A stretch of 59,697 nucleotides of DNA, the filler included, from Sphacelaria rigidula (Eukaryota), in assembly GCA_964200075.2 (NCBI GenBank). It is 4 parts of 4 records of this genome, joined end to end, with 100 filler letters (N's around TTAATTAATTAA, not from the genome) between each part and the next. Parts side by side here need not be neighbours in the genome. Positions count along the whole stretch, not along the records: positions 14,953 to 29,804 come from CAXNAA020002017.1; positions 29,905 to 44,751 come from CAXNAA020002018.1; 2 more parts are not named here. The stretch is one strand, 5' to 3'. Below the pieces are notes generated by a model that worked only from the letters and a program-made list of their open reading frames with translations, was not told where the DNA came from and did no database searches. Positions within the stretch are counted from its first letter, which is position 1, and each line of letters opens with the position of its first letter. Of the stretch, positions 26,301 to 39,754 are shown one piece after another. Both the position numbers and the translations under genes were made by a program.

Positions 26301-29100
26301 TTTCTTACAGGACTTCTGGAACCCGGCGGGTACGGTGTGAAGGTTGTATTGAAATCCTTACCCGCTACCAGATGTTTCTACAAAGATATATCTATACTCC
26401 AGGTACTGGTTATATATTGGTACATAATCACAGAACTGTCGGGTACAGGATGGAGAGGCTGACAGAACTCCCAGAACTGTGGGATACGGATAATACCCGT
26501 GTAATACCCCAGCTATCCATGAAGAATCGTACCCTACTGAGCACAACCTCGGCCGACTGAATGTGAGGGCGTTGCTTCCCTTTTATTTTCCCTTCGTCTG
26601 TACCAATCCTAGACGTCGTTCTGTTTTTTCGCCTGTCACGATCTTGTTTCGCGGGAGAGGGGAGGGGGTCTGAGATTTGCTTCATTTCTTTTGGCCGCCT
26701 AGCTTTTTTTGGCCCAACGAACCAGTCATAATCTAGAAGGAGATGATGACGATCATAATGAACAGCGACAGTGACTGTGGCGTATTTTGCCTTTGTTGGC
26801 TGGGGTCGCGATCATGGTAGCCTTGTCAGGCGAACGTGTGTGGGTCTACCGGTTATAGTCCAAAACGCTGGGTTTACCCGACGGCAAATGCATCCTCCTC
26901 GTCAGGCAAAGAACATATGAGAGTGCATCTTTTCTAGACCTGAAATATTGGTATATCGAACGTTGAAATCCATTCTCTTGTCTGCCTCTGCCTTTCCGTA
27001 GTGGAGCATGACACCCTTTGTTTGTCATACTTTGTACCCTCATCCCGTCCCTGTCCCTACTCGAGGCGAGTCTGCAGCATTTATGTGATGATCACATCTT
27101 GTCCTCTACAGTACCGTCGAGCGCTACAAGAGCATTCCCGCAGCTGATGTGTTGTCAAGAGTCACTGACGTTCTCACATGCTCAGATTGGAAACCAGACA
27201 CACAGTCTCTAATCCCAAGATTATGACGGGTCCTATAGGTCAAAACGATTCCGAGGGTCGGGGTTAGGGTCAACTTCAGGATGAAGGGTATCGGCTGACG
27301 CGATGCCTTTTTCCATGTCGAAATCAATGTGCCAGTTTTGAACCCTAAGGTGCGCCGTTAATATTCATTTTGGTTCGGTTCGGGTTGTTCCGTTGTATCG
27401 TATTTGTTTGTCTGAAGGCATTTAACGTGCTGGTGGATCAAGCCAACATCGAAAAGGAGGCGGTGTTCACAGGCAAGGAGGAGGCAGAAAGCAAATGTCT
27501 TATCGGGAGGTCGGGAAGTTACCAGGTACATGCACATCTGAGGAAATGTTGTGGGGAATGCCCTCGGTTTCTTCATAAATGACAAAAAAAAAAACAATGC
27601 ACACCATAACAATCAGATTTGTTTAGTTGATTTAGTCAAGATATCTCACGTGTGTCCGCTCCCACAAGCGGTTATTGACCGCTGTTGCTGACCGCTGTGT
27701 CCGCAATGTTTCCGCTTGAGTGAGTAACTCAACAATACTGAGTTATACGTGAGGTGTATCTATCCCAACTGGCCTCCTTGGATTGTATCGCACATCGGAC
27801 AATACATCTCACCTTAGCTCGATTCAACTCGTTTTGGTATAACTCATCCCTGAGATATACGGTACAACACAGCGGTACCATTTTCCACTCACTGAGTTTC
27901 ATGATATAACTCAGGGCTGAGTTGTACGGAACCCAACGTCATCATTTTCTACTCCCTGAGTTATGTTGCCTAACTCCGCGGTACCATGTTTCTCTGTCTG
28001 GGTTATATGGTACAACTCAGTGGTACCATTTTTTACTGGCTGACTTATACCACATGGCTGACTCAACAGCTGTCTCATGTGTGGACAATACAACACAGCG
28101 ACGCCTAGTCCCCCTGGATTTGGTGCCGGTTCGTGTTCGTACTCCAAATTTTGCTTTTCGTTCATTTTCACGTTCTTTGGTCGCTTAATATTTCCATATT
28201 GATGCAGCATAAGGCTAGCTTGGCATTCCTCGTGTGGAACGTGGGGGGGCTTCAAGTGGTTTCTAGATTATTTTTGTGGAATATTCCCGGAGTATTAGCG
28301 TTGCTAAAAATGTCATTCTGGGGTAGATTTCATGTTCATTTTCCAAAAATGACAGCGAAATCTGGATGGACTAGGTGATGATGTACTTCGACACAGGGCA
28401 GTCCTGGTCAAGACCTAGCCTGGATTTCTGCTTACGAGATTATACGAAGTGCGCTACAGGGAAAAAACACTTTATACGATAGCACCCCCCCCCCCAAAAA
28501 AAAAAAAAGTGCCTGGTTTGGGGAAGCGAAATTTTTACGTGAAACAAAATGAAAAAAGCCGAGCACCACAAGCAGCTGGGAATTCCCACGCTTGGGTTCG
28601 TTCTCGCCAATGTCGCCCATATGAGACGCTTCATGCAGCCTGAACCTAAACATCAGGCGCTGTATCACCATTTTTTCCGGGACACTTTCGGGCTGTTTTT
28701 TGGGGCGGGGGCTATCGTAGAAAGTGTCGAAGATGAAAGATGAAAGTGATTCGAGCGCTTGAACTGCCTCCTTCCATGAATCACGCACCCCCCCCGCCCC
28801 TCTCCGGTAGGTCTCTTCCCACGTACTATCGTGAGCACCGAAATACAGTGCAGTTTCAATCACTCGCCACAAGTTCGATCGGCTGTACTGTAATGAAGTG
28901 ACTGCGTTGTGCCAGGAAAGTGCACCGCACCGATCTATGTATAGTACAACGTACAGTTGTGTCAAATACGTTCACACACAATATGTGGGGATAAGCATTA
29001 CTTCCCAATTACGGATTTCGATGACGTTCTCTTTGGACGAATGTCATTTCACCTTGGGATAGTGTCTGGTCCAAAAACCGAAGGATCTTCATACTCCAAG
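17378..29100 (+). CDS. Partial multi-exon gene of unknown function; exons 17378-17518, 18125-18187, 19490-19527, 23563-23730, 25792-25861, 27418-27525, 28957-29100
   Basis: Each segment is bounded by AG/GT, and the intron phases chain (0,0,2,2,0,0) into one stop-free frame: TDSMLQNVASQK..QDRRA/DQAELSQGESIRIPITVVNPQ/LPGSVLCGPGSVR/NDSPRALALADPFRRIQ..HAGRR/YSPPEAPSGYLQVMQAITVSNDL/AFNVLVDQANIEKE..GSYQ/LCQIRSH..SSYSK. I do not recognise the family. Confidence 0.6.
18740..20050 (+). repeat. Degenerate 42-bp minisatellite in two blocks (about 18740-19150 and 19590-20050)
   Basis: Palindromic cores TTCATGCAGCATGAATC and TTCATACGAGGTGAATC alternate at a 42-bp period (14-aa periodicity in the spurious ORFs). 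Confidence 0.85.
21623..22429. mobile_element. hAT-type non-autonomous element carrying a 41-bp hairpin minisatellite, interrupted at about 21790-22080
   Basis: CAAGGG..CCCTTG ends, 8-bp TSD CCGGATTC/CTGGATTC, and the unit AAACTTTGGGTAGATTGAGTATGACCTCAAATACTCTACTC. Confidence 0.75.
22723..22801 (+). pseudogene. tRNA-derived sequence (SINE head or tRNA pseudogene; tRNA-Pro(AGG)-like loop)
   Basis: A box TGGTGTAATGG, TTAGGGT loop, B box GGTTCGATCCC, then TTTTT. The acceptor stem does not pair. Confidence 0.6.
24242..24815. mobile_element. Third copy of the MITE family, with a nested TIR element of about 215 bp (about 24365-24580)
   Basis: Left end CGAGGATGTGTCCTGCAAGGTACGG and ACAGAACTGTCGGGTAC repeats. 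The nested segment is bounded by TCGAGGGTCAGACGA..TCGTCCGACCCTTCGA. Confidence 0.65.
26204..26551. mobile_element. Diverged copy of the same hAT-type MITE family
   Basis: CAAGGTTATGTT..GCACAACCTCG termini, 8-bp TSD GCCGACTC/GCCGACTG, and internal ACAGAACTGTCGGGTAC motifs. Confidence 0.75.
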
Positions 29101-29804
29101 GTGGGAGAGGGAAGCCTCACCGTAGTCGCTCTCCTATCCACTCCCACCCATATCCATGTTGATATCCACATATCGCCACTTCCAAGTTTCTCAACATGTG
29201 TGACCCACCAGGCATCGGCGCTATGTTCGTGGAAGATGCCATCGCTCAGCATCTTCGGCTCATTGTACACCTATACTATTGCTGAGTGATATCAGGCGGA
29301 TCTAGGTGGTCGGTATGGCAAGCTATCAGCGCGCCTCGCCCCCGATGTCCATGTCAGTAGCGTCGTTTATTATGTTTGTATTTGTGCTTTATATATTGTA
29401 TATTTCATTTTTTTATCCCTTTCATGTTTTCATTCGTCCCCTTCGTCTGTTCATTGATTCATTCATGTCAATATGTTCTCCTCCCTTTCCATCTCCTTTC
29501 TAGTCCTTTTCCTTTTTTCGATTCGTTGTTTTTATGCCTTGTCACCTTTTTTGTTCCTCCCATATTTACCCTCTCAAGCTTTCTTAAGCGAGTACTTCCG
29601 CTTTTTTCGTCTTGGGTACCGTTTATATTGTATCTTGTAGCTAATGACCACGGGGATCAGCAAATAATCATTCTCATGCTGTTGCACCGGACTATCGCAC
29701 GGCACGTCGGTTACGACGTATCCGTAAGTACGCGTAACTCAAGGGGCTCCGCGGATTGAATATATACCCCGCCGGCCCAGCCCCCGACCCGCCCCCCCAC
29801 TCCC

Positions 29805-29904
29805 NNNNNNNNNNNNNNNNNNNNNNNNNNNNNNNNNNNNNNNNNNNNTTAATTAATTAANNNNNNNNNNNNNNNNNNNNNNNNNNNNNNNNNNNNNNNN
29901 NNNN
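29805..29904. other. Artificial contig spacer
   Basis: 44 N + TTAATTAATTAA + 44 N. Confidence 0.99.
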
Positions 29905-29910
29905 ATTTAT

Positions 29911-32900
29911 TGTGGGGAAAACCTCAGTTGTAAATCCTCAGTTTTCCATCAACGGTTCCAAAAGGGTTAACGGTCGACGAGGGAAGGGACTGCTGAACCC
30001 CTCTCGCGATAAAAGATAGGCAAGCACCGCAGAAGGAAGGTGGGGTACTAGAAACGAATACAAAATATAAACCTCCTGTGTTGACCTTCCTCCTGTGCGT
30101 CCCCGGCTGGTGCGCTCACATAGACCAAAAGGCGTAGACCGGGACCCAGAATAGATGGGACGACAACACATACACACACAGGGACTCTTCACGCTTATGG
30201 CTTTGTCCGCGGATGACGACGATCCATCGTCGCTAATTTGAGGCTCCAGTGCTGTGTTCGTGAACTGCTGTTCCCTGAACCTGTTCTAATTCAGCGGACG
30301 ACATCAAGTCCCGTAAGTAAACACACTCCTGTCAAGCTGTTGACAATGTTACATACTCTGATTCCACTGTGAACATCGTAGCAATTTTTTACCTTCGTGA
30401 TTTCCAATGTAAAAGGCCACCAGCGAAGTAGAATACCGGTCGTCGAATAACCTTCATCCGAGACTCCGTGATCTGCATCCACGTACCCTATCAGCTTGCC
30501 ACCGTTGTCATCTCTACCATTCCCGCACGTGATACGAAGCTCTGTAGTACCTGGTAGATATATCAACACTCTTTCAGCTTTGTTATAGCACGCTTCCCAG
30601 GAGATGACATTCTTCTTGATAGTATCATAACAGCGAATGTAAGATCCGGTCGTGCACAACGACTCAAGCACAGCAATGATCCCATCACAGCCCTGAAATA
30701 CGGTGTAATTTATAGTGCCAATACATCCTTTTTCCTTGATACTTCGTTGTTTCAGGCCAGCAGGAGTCTTCGTAGTTCGCATCTTCCATACCGTTAGTAT
30801 CCAGGATTCCTCTCGCATACGTCTCCTGGGATAGTTTCGAATCTACCTGTCGAATCGTCTTCTTTGATGGCTAGTCCGAGCAGAAACGTGGCAGATTCCA
30901 GATCCACCACGTCGAACCGATCCATCAATTGTCTTCTGGTTTCCTCGATCTTTGTAGTTATATTTGCCTGATAGCATGACACGACCAACATATTAAACCA
31001 ACAATACGTCTCCATCATGGAGAGCACATAGACACGCGTCGGCGGGACTGGGGGTAAACCTTTGTGAGAGTAAGGAAGAGTGAATAGTCCCCCACCAGCC
31101 GCGCGGTGACATCCGAAGTCCGTAAAGCCACGTTCATCTGTCTCTCCGTGCATTCAAAACTTTTCAGAGGAATCACGTATACATCCGGGTTGTCGGGTCC
31201 CATTCGGGCTTGGAGAAATGCCGTCTTCACGTCCAGTTAATGAAGGGGGAGGTTGTCTCCGGCCGCTAGTGCGATCACGAAACGCTCAGATTTTAAATGG
31301 GCGGCTGGGGCAGCCTTGTCCCTGCCCCTATCTACCTCATGAAATCCTCGCATGGCAATCCTCGAATTTTGTCTGACACGTTCCCCTTCCTCGTCATATT
31401 TCCACCTGAAGATGAATTTGAAGAAAACATGTTTCATATCTTTGTCCCCTGAAGGATCAGCCCACTCGAACACGTCGCGATCCCGAAGCGACCGGCACAC
31501 TTCTCTGATGCTTTTCAACAGACCCCTTGTTATGGTCGCCACTGACAGCTACAGAGTAAATTTTCGGGTCCGTTCTTGTAAGCCCATCCTGTTCTCTTAC
31601 TTTCTCGTGTAGTAGCCCGGTCACGAGAGCATGTTCCACTTGTTCATAACTCAAGTCTTCGTGATGGTCGAGTTCCTCTGCTCGCATATTCCCAGACAAT
31701 GACCAATGCTTTGTTTTCCCTTCTTCGACGCGAGCCCTGATCCTAGCGCCTCTACGTAACTGACCTTTCTCACCGGTGTTTTCTCCAGGACCGGGTGCAG
31801 GTTACTGTGGCTCACGAAGTTCTGCAGGTGAAGCCCTTTGGCGGTCCTGAAACTGCGGGAAGTAGAAATCTTGCGTGAGACTTTAAATACCATCTCGTAT
31901 CTCCGCTCTCTTCGGGAAATCCCTAGTTACCCTGTCTCGAAACGATACTTCCGCAGAGTTTGCGATCCGGAACAGGTCAGCCGGGTTCCATAAGCGCCAT
32001 GTGCGGGTTCCACGAGATAGTACCTCTCCGCACGAGGTGCTAGTTTCCCATTCCGGTGGCGAACTTCAACGTTCAACATGTCGAACCGCCGTGCAACCCC
32101 ATTCATGTACCAGGTATGTGTTTGAGGCTTCAAAGCTCCCGACTATACCAGAGTTCCCACGATGTTTTGCCGTCCGGTGCAGACGAAGAAGTCCGAGTGC
32201 ATACGAACATGGATGCCTGAGCTGCCTCTACTCACAACTGATCCGGCAACTGCTTCGCTTTCAACATAAGACTGCGTGTTATTTCTACAACGATTCCGAA
32301 TCCCCGCTCGGCGATGGCATTCCCTTGCGGAACGTATGGTGCGTTGGATTCGATTTCAATCCCCAACGACTTCTCCGACTCAGAAAATCAACCCTGAAAT
32401 TCACCACCTCCATCGCACCTGATTCGCCCGATGCACAGTCCCCCGGATCCGCCACGTTTTCCTGAAAGTCTTTCAGAGCTTCGACGGCATCGCCCTTCGA
32501 TTTCAGGGCGTGTGTCCAATGCGTTCAGGACATGTCGGTGAACGGGGCCAGCTCTTTGCACACCCCGGAGAAAAGATTCTATCGTCAAGAAGTGTACTGC
32601 GTACAGTTTGGAATCATTGTCTTTTGCAATAGGTGCTGTAGTCGATACTGTACGCGGTACGCTTTTGCCAGTGTCTTCTATTGTCCAGGGTGTGAATATT
32701 TGCATGGGTGTACGATTCAGTAACATGTGGACCCCATATGTCGGTGTGGATCAACTCGAGTCGCCTAGTGCTCCGTGGGCGATCAGATCGTGGGTGTGTA
32801 CTCTCCTTGGGTTTTGATGCCAAATATACGTGACGGTCCAAGTCTTGAGCATTTGCGGACAGCTTATTTCCAGTTCTTCCTCGTTCCGCGAGTTGCTTGA

Positions 32901-33690
32901 GGTTTTTTTATATTACAGTGCTCCAAGCGTCGATGCCAAATCTCAGATTCGTCCTGTGCTGATGCGAAAACCTCTCCCTTGTTATTCGCTATAATCACCG
33001 ATGGGATAAACATGCGCTTCATCTCTTTACTGACGGGGAATGTTTCATCTCCAAATTCAAGCACAGGAGGGTCACAGATGAGCTTTGAACGTATACCCTT
33101 TTCTTCCAGAGTTCCAAAGGAGAAACGATCGGCGCCAAGTTTCGTCACACGGAGTAACTCAGGATGCACGGGAATCCGACATCCTTCAACAGTCTGTAGT
33201 TTGAAGTACAAACAACCTTTGGTGTTGGTCTCTGTCGCCCCGCACGAACCCCTGGTTCGTACCTTGTACTCCCGAAGTTCCTTCAGATTCTTATTGAAAG
33301 GTGAGGACGAGTCGAGCACGTGTGCACTCGCTGCTCAGTCCAGAAAACCCTTACGGATCTCATCGTTCTCGGTGTTACCACCCGTGTCCTCTACTACCCG
33401 GCTACACCAGGCCATCATAGTTTCGCTCTCATCATCGTCGTTTTGGATCTTTGAGTTGTGAGCTCTACGCCCTGTGGTTTGTCGCCGTATTTTCTCTCGT
33501 GCTGTTCTCTCAGGCGGCATTCCTTTACAGGCTGGGCCAGCCTAAAGATGGATTTAAGCTCTAAAAGCGATATCTCAACGACACAGACGAGTTGGGCCGT
33601 GATCCGCATATCGTATAAATCGTCTGATCAAGCGGAAGGTGCCCATCTGCTCAAAAATCTGGGTCATTTTTTCCTCGTCGAGTAAACCCC
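29911..33690 (-). mobile_element. Degenerate Ty1/copia LTR retrotransposon pol region (PR-IN-RT-RH) with a possible 3' LTR
   Basis: Fragments appear in copia order: protease-like FLD*AASAHVL, gag-pre-integrase WHRRLEHCN, integrase RLELIHTDIWGP, RT FIFRWKYDEEGERVRQNSRIAMRGF and LH*LDVKTAFLQA, RNase H LIGYVDADHG..STTG. Many stops and frameshifts. A putative LTR ends ..TTCCCCACA at 29911. Confidence 0.92.
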
Positions 33691-33699
33691 ATGTATCGT

Positions 33700-34700
33700 G
33701 ATTCCTACCTAGCGGAGATAGCGTCCACATTAAAATCTATATGAAACCCGAACGATCGATCAAGCGGATGATGACGATTTTTGGTGTGGACCTTCCCTGG
33801 AGCACGGGGAGACAATATATTCCCTCACTTTCACCTAATTCGTTATCTATCTCGAGAAATGGCGCACATAAAGTTCAATACTAAAATCAGTATACTACGA
33901 GCAGGGGCACTATATGACCTAAATCTGGATATCGCGTCTCAGTTTTTCAGAGTTGTGCTATGAAATTTGGTATGGAGAACCGCTAGTGCATAACGAAGAA
34001 AAACACAGCTTTTCCGTTTTTTTTTTTTGTTTTTTCTCATCTTTTTTCGTGTTTTTAGGGGGGTTTTGAGGAGAAATGAACATTGCTCTTGGGCCTTAAC
34101 TCAATTTTTCAGCTCAATTTTTAGAGTTGTGATTTGAAACTTGGCATGGAGAACGACAGAGGTATGCTGAGTAAAAAAACAAAAAAGTGTGCCTTCATTT
34201 TTTTCTTCTTCATGAGAGGTTCGGGCGTTCTCGTAAAACAAATCATCGTTACCATACTAAAATGCCCTCAATCGGTGAAAAAATAAAATAAAACCCAACC
34301 TCACCCATTTTCTTGGTTCATCACGACCTAGCAAGGTCCTGCACAAAGTTTCAACCCGCAAACACCAAACGTGGGCCGATAAACGGCCTGCAAAATACTG
34401 TTCCGAATTTCCGCCGCCTCGGTTTTTCAAATGTATCCAATTTTTTTCCTGGAGTTGGAAAGTGAAATTTGGTATGGACAATCAACAGTGCATGAAGAAA
34501 AGCTGTCTGTGAGGTCCCGAAGATTTTTTTTTCTTCGTGGATTAAGGGCAAAAATCACTTCCACTTTTGAGGCTTTAGTAAAATACCCTTAACTCACGAA
34601 AAATAAAATCATTGGGACCTCACAGACAGCTTTTCTTCATGCCCTGTTGATTGTCCATACCAAATATCATTTTCCAACTCCAAGAAAAAAATTGCGAATT
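33700..34700. repeat. Foldback-like insertion containing an inverted repeat with arms of about 110 bp (34439-34692)
   Basis: GCATGAAGAAAAGCTGTCTGTGAGGTCCC pairs with GGGACCTCACAGACAGCTTTTCTTCATGC. AAATTTGGTATGGA motifs recur. A related hairpin lies at about 14640-14765. Confidence 0.8.
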
Positions 34701-34719
34701 TGCCTGCAAAGTACAAATC

Positions 34720-35790
34720 CGCTTGTAGGTTGGCCCAGCCTGTACTTTAATAACACGGCCGACGCTCACATTCACTATATCTAGGTTTGGGTCCATGGCA
34801 ATACGAGTAGTTGCCGTTGCGATCCAGCCCGTTGTAAATCACCCGCACCTGAGCTCGCTTTCTTAACTTTGTCGGCGGTCCCCTTTGTGTTGGTCGCCCT
34901 AATCTAGCGAATGCAGACCCTCGCGTTCCTCCACCTAGTGCTTGTAGCTAGTGCACTCTCGCTCCCTGTCTCACGAGATTGTTTTAAAAAATGTCTCAGC
35001 TGTATTTTGAAGAATGCTGTTCCCCGACGAGCAAGGTATTTGAGGTCAATTTCATCTAGACTCGTCACTTGGTGCGTATAGACAGCCTTGAAAGGCTGGT
35101 AGTGTTCGTCTGGTAGTGAGCGGAACAACTTGCGAGCAAGATGACTAGAGGCCTGGGGTTGACCAATGACCGTGAAGTTGGCCTTATTTCTTGGATCATG
35201 CGCGATGGACCCAACTTGTCTTCCGATTGAATGATGGCCGCAGTCAATCGTTCTTCAAGGTCCCAACTGCGGAAACTTCATGTTACACCATATTTGGACT
35301 TCACGGCATGGAAAACTGCATCGCCGTCTCCATTTATTTCTTTGTGCGCTTGGCCATGGACGATCACCGGCGTGACTGCAGGACTTGTGTGTCCTAGAAC
35401 TCCCTGCGAAACACTCATGAGCAATCGGCCGTACAGTATCTCATACTTTTCTTGGTATGTTTCAAGTTATATATCGTGAGTAGTCCTGGCCGCTTCATCA
35501 GCATCTGGTGCTAGCGCCTCGGGCGCCTTCCATTCTCCAGGGAATGTATCTCCCACACCCAACTCACGGGTCGTAGCGAAAAACAATTGCTCGAAGATCC
35601 TTCACTCTCCAGGCTGCTTTTGAGCTCCACCGGAGAAAGTAATCAGAGACTTACCTAGTGAGTCATCCGTCAGGCTGCGTCGATCCCGGATCTCTTGCGC
35701 TGCCATCGTGGGAATGCTCTAGTACTTTCTCCAACTGAGCGGGGCTCATGACCTGTGGAAAAAGTGCACCTAGTCATACCTCAGGTGTGA
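34720..35790 (-). mobile_element. Copia gag relic with primer-binding site and 5' LTR end
   Basis: The minus strand reads ..TTTTCCACA|GGTCATGAGCCCC (35741-35753), resembling the copia half-tRNAi-Met PBS GGTTATGGGCCC. An ATG and gag-like fragments follow (RSLPDEHYQPFKAV..). Confidence 0.65.
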
Positions 35791-37190
35791 AGGTGCTGTA
35801 CATGCCTTCCTTGGGACTCGTGGGGAGGCTTAGTGCTTGAGCAAGAAGCTGGGAACAGCAGGCCGAATTATTCATCATACGCGATCACATATAAATATCT
35901 TACTACAGATAGTTACGCCGCATTTCACACATGTGACTGTAAATTATAGAGATCCTGTATCCATACGAAATCCATGAAAGTCTCGCACCAGTGCACGTAC
36001 ACCTCAATATATGTTGCTAGTGAGAAAAGATACAGTTGCCATGATGTTGTCTGTTTCAGTACATGCCATGTAATTTATCTTGCGTTTTACGTAAGCTTTT
36101 ACTGTTTTTCACCTTGCCGCGCGTTCAATTATAAAGTGGTCTCGAAGCCATCTGAGAAGATAAATGGCTTCGACGAACAGTATCAGATACGAGCGAATTT
36201 GATTACACCGCACGTGTTCGACACCAGTTGTTTTTATAAAGACACGGCCTGAGACACCCGCGCGGCACACAAACATGAACGGTCAGCAACGACCCGCATT
36301 TTGTTTATTTGACACGCACGTGGTCGCTATCCCTCAAATACAGGACAGATTCATGTCAAACGAAGACTTCCGTTTATAGACTAGTAAGATCCACCACTGG
36401 AACTATGCGCGTGAGTGGTGGGTGTCTGTGCGTGTTTTTTCGGCGCTCGGCGTGTAGGTGTTGTATTGCCGATTTGTGTCTTGTCTGTAGTAGTGTAGAG
36501 CTGTTGGACTAACTACCACATCCAGAACCGCCGCAATTATGAACCTGTGTGCAGAACTCGGCTTCGATCTGTACATTCAAGAACCGGAAATTTGAAATGT
36601 GCACCCGGGTGCACATGCGTTCACGGATTTCATGTGCACCCTGGGATAAAAGCATGAATACGTGGGGCTGATCTGTGCCGCATGGCAACCCCCGACGGTG
36701 GTCACCTCGATCACACTTTCAATCGGGGTCAGCGCAACCAGCGCAGAGTACAGTACAATACGGTGCAATCCAGTAGTGTGATTTTGTCTTCTCTCACTAC
36801 TTGTCCCGTGGCCGACTTCGTCTTGTCTAGGTAATTTCCCACTACCAGCTTGAAAATGAGTTCTTCACGTCCACGAGCGCGTCTGCCTGCAGGTCATGCC
36901 GATACGATGTGTCGCTTCTTGCACCGGCCGCGTGTGCTCGAGTAGTATGTGCACTTCAGTTTTCAACGCTTGGTTTCGCTGTTTTGCACTGCTCCCACGG
37001 CCGATGCTTGGCGTTTTGGAGGGATAGATTGTCGTCTGTAGGTTGTAGTGCGCTCATCTGTGAGTTTTCGTTGCGTACCACGCGCGTGTGTGCAGGTGCG
37101 TAGAGGAACGCAGCAGCACAACAGTAATGCAGTGTGAGCGAATGACCGTCTGCTCAATTAGGAAGTAAAAACATGACAGGACCGTTTTTT

Positions 37191-37688
37191 CAAGGTTGTG
37201 TTCTGAAAGGTACGGGTACGTTCTGTAGGGTATGAGATTCCGTACAGAGTTTACAGAACTGTCGGGTACCGGTACCAAAGTCTTGACAGACTTTACAGAA
37301 CTTGTCGGGTACGGTACGGGAGGCTTACAGAGAACCGTTACCGGCAGTGGGGTAACTCTTTTCGGGTATACCCGCCCCTCGGGTTCGGGTGAATGTTATT
37401 TACAGAACTTACAGAACTGTCGGGTACCGGTATGAAAGTCTTACAGACTTTTCAGAACTTGTCGGGTACGGTATGGGAGGCTTACAGAAAACTGGTTCCG
37501 GCAATCGGGTAACTCTTTCCGGGTATACCCGCCCTTCGGGTTCGGGTAAATGTATTGTACAGAACTTACAGAACTATCGGGTAAGGGTATGGAAGTCTTA
37601 CAGAAATTACAGAACTGTCGGGTACGGTATATACCCGGAAAAATAACCCGGGTATACAGAAAACCGTACCTTGCAGAACACAACCTTG
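37191..37688. mobile_element. hAT-type MITE with internal ACAGAACT(T)GTCGGGTAC repeats
   Basis: 25-bp TIR CAAGGTTGTGTTCTG(A/C)AAGGTACGG with 1 mismatch, GTTTTTT on both sides, and an internal duplicated block. Confidence 0.85.
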
Positions 37689-39754
37689 GTTTTTTTCATC
37701 CCCGTTTTTTTCAAGCCTGGTTTTTAAAACATGAGTCCGCTGCTTGGTCGGAGCATATTTCCTTTTTCAGTGCCGCCGCTATTACATTGACAAATACTTA
37801 GGCTATGTCCCCCTATTCAGTGGTCCACGACAGTCAGTATGATACATGCATGCGACCATCGGGCGCGTTTTGCGGCAGGCACTCGCTGATGACACAATTT
37901 AGGGCGATGGGCTTGAACCAGCCGGCATATGAAATGTGATGGGCAGCATAAACAATGTAAAGTAGCCGTGGCTTGCATCTTTTTTCATAGCTTGGCCGTG
38001 AAGCGACTGTATTTCAAAACTAGCAAATACTTTGAGAAATTTTCAGCAACTGGTCAATGCATGATGGAAAATGACACGCCCGACACTCTTCCCTGTAGAA
38101 ACAACAAACACCGAACATGTTGGTACCTCTGTGCACATCGGGCTGGAGGGTATTGGTTACTATAATGGAGTGGTTCATCTGCTCTTTGGGTACACTAGGC
38201 CCCACGCGGAATTCACCGGGCAATGCATCCAACACTTGAAACAAGTGCAAAGATACATCGTAGTCATATGACCGTTGACCTCGTATTCCTACAAAGCCAG
38301 CACGGAGCACGCCGGGTTTTCGCTTTTTTCTAGTACAGGCAGACCCATACAGGCAGACGAGACAGACAGGTAGCTGGTGGTGCATTGTTCACCACTACTT
38401 TTGGTGCACATCCAATGTGTACATGTTTGGTTTTGTCATGATCCAGTAGGACAGTGCAAGACGCGGTGTTCACATCTACGGTTTTAGCCCGGTGATATCG
38501 TGTTGACGTGGGTTGCTCGATGGTGTTCACGACGAGCGAGCAACATAATACCCACCCACGTGCTCCCACTCGGTACAGTTTTTGTTGCTCGAGACACGAT
38601 ATCTCGAAAGCGAAGCTGAATAAGGACAAAAAGTCGTAGCCAGTCTCCGTAGTGCCACTCCTGGCGCTGCCAGTTGGGGTATATTGACGATCTGTGGAAT
38701 CATAGGTACAGATTTGGCATGAACACCCGCGATACTGACATGAACTGGAGGCTGACCTCTGCTCATTGGTGTCCCGATTGTCACGCTGTTCTTCTCCACT
38801 GGCCATAATGGTACAAGGGCTAACCGCCCCAAGCTTGCGGATCAAATCCTCGATAAAGATCAATAAGTATTGAATGCTGCAGTAACTCATTGTCGATCGC
38901 ACGACGTCGATTTCCCCATGCCCGATGGCAGGGGAGCGCGAGTGAAGGAACGCCACTGAAGAGTTCACGCTGGCCCAGGGCTCTGCCGTCCGCAGAAGAT
39001 ATTCGTCGGTGTAAGGTGCGGAGTGATGGTGCGTACTTGCGGCACAGAAATGTCAGCCACCGACAGTTGTAAATTTGCACGAAGTGGCGAGTCTGACATC
39101 GGCGTGGACACCGCAGCAGGTGAGACGGGTGTCGAGCAGTGGATACATACTTGCTCGCAAGAACACGATGTATACAACGGGCACTGCTGTACAAGGACTA
39201 CAGCTCAGCGCATCGTAGCACCCGCGAGCATAGACTTTCCCCCGTCATATTTTGAACCGTTCCGGTGTCGTTCCTTATTGTGCAAAGTCTGGGCGACTGA
39301 CGTACCAATGTGCATACAAGAGTGGTCAAGTGCGTGTGTTTACAAGGCCGCGAGTAGACAGCACCGCGAACTGAACGCTGAGAATCTACGCCACCGCCTC
39401 TGTACAAACCTACAGTTTGTGAAGTGGTACCAACATATCGTGTTGCCATGAGGAAGTTGGTGAAATCCCACGATGGTTCCCCGTCGTGACCTTCCCGCGA
39501 GTATCAATAGCTTGCTTGAAGTTGTACGTTCGTAAAATACAGTCCGATTTCTCTGTCGTGCGTGCTGGATGTCTACCGAACCCGGTTGCGTCATGAACCC
39601 GCGACGGGTTCGGGTTCCACGTGTTCGCTGTATGGTCATGAAGACGAGCTAAAACGCACAGCACTCGTTCCATGTTTGTGCCACAGGCAGCAACCTTTGT
39701 CTGGACGCGTTCACCGCCGCCCTCAACGAGGCTTCCTCCGGGGAAGGATCGTAT

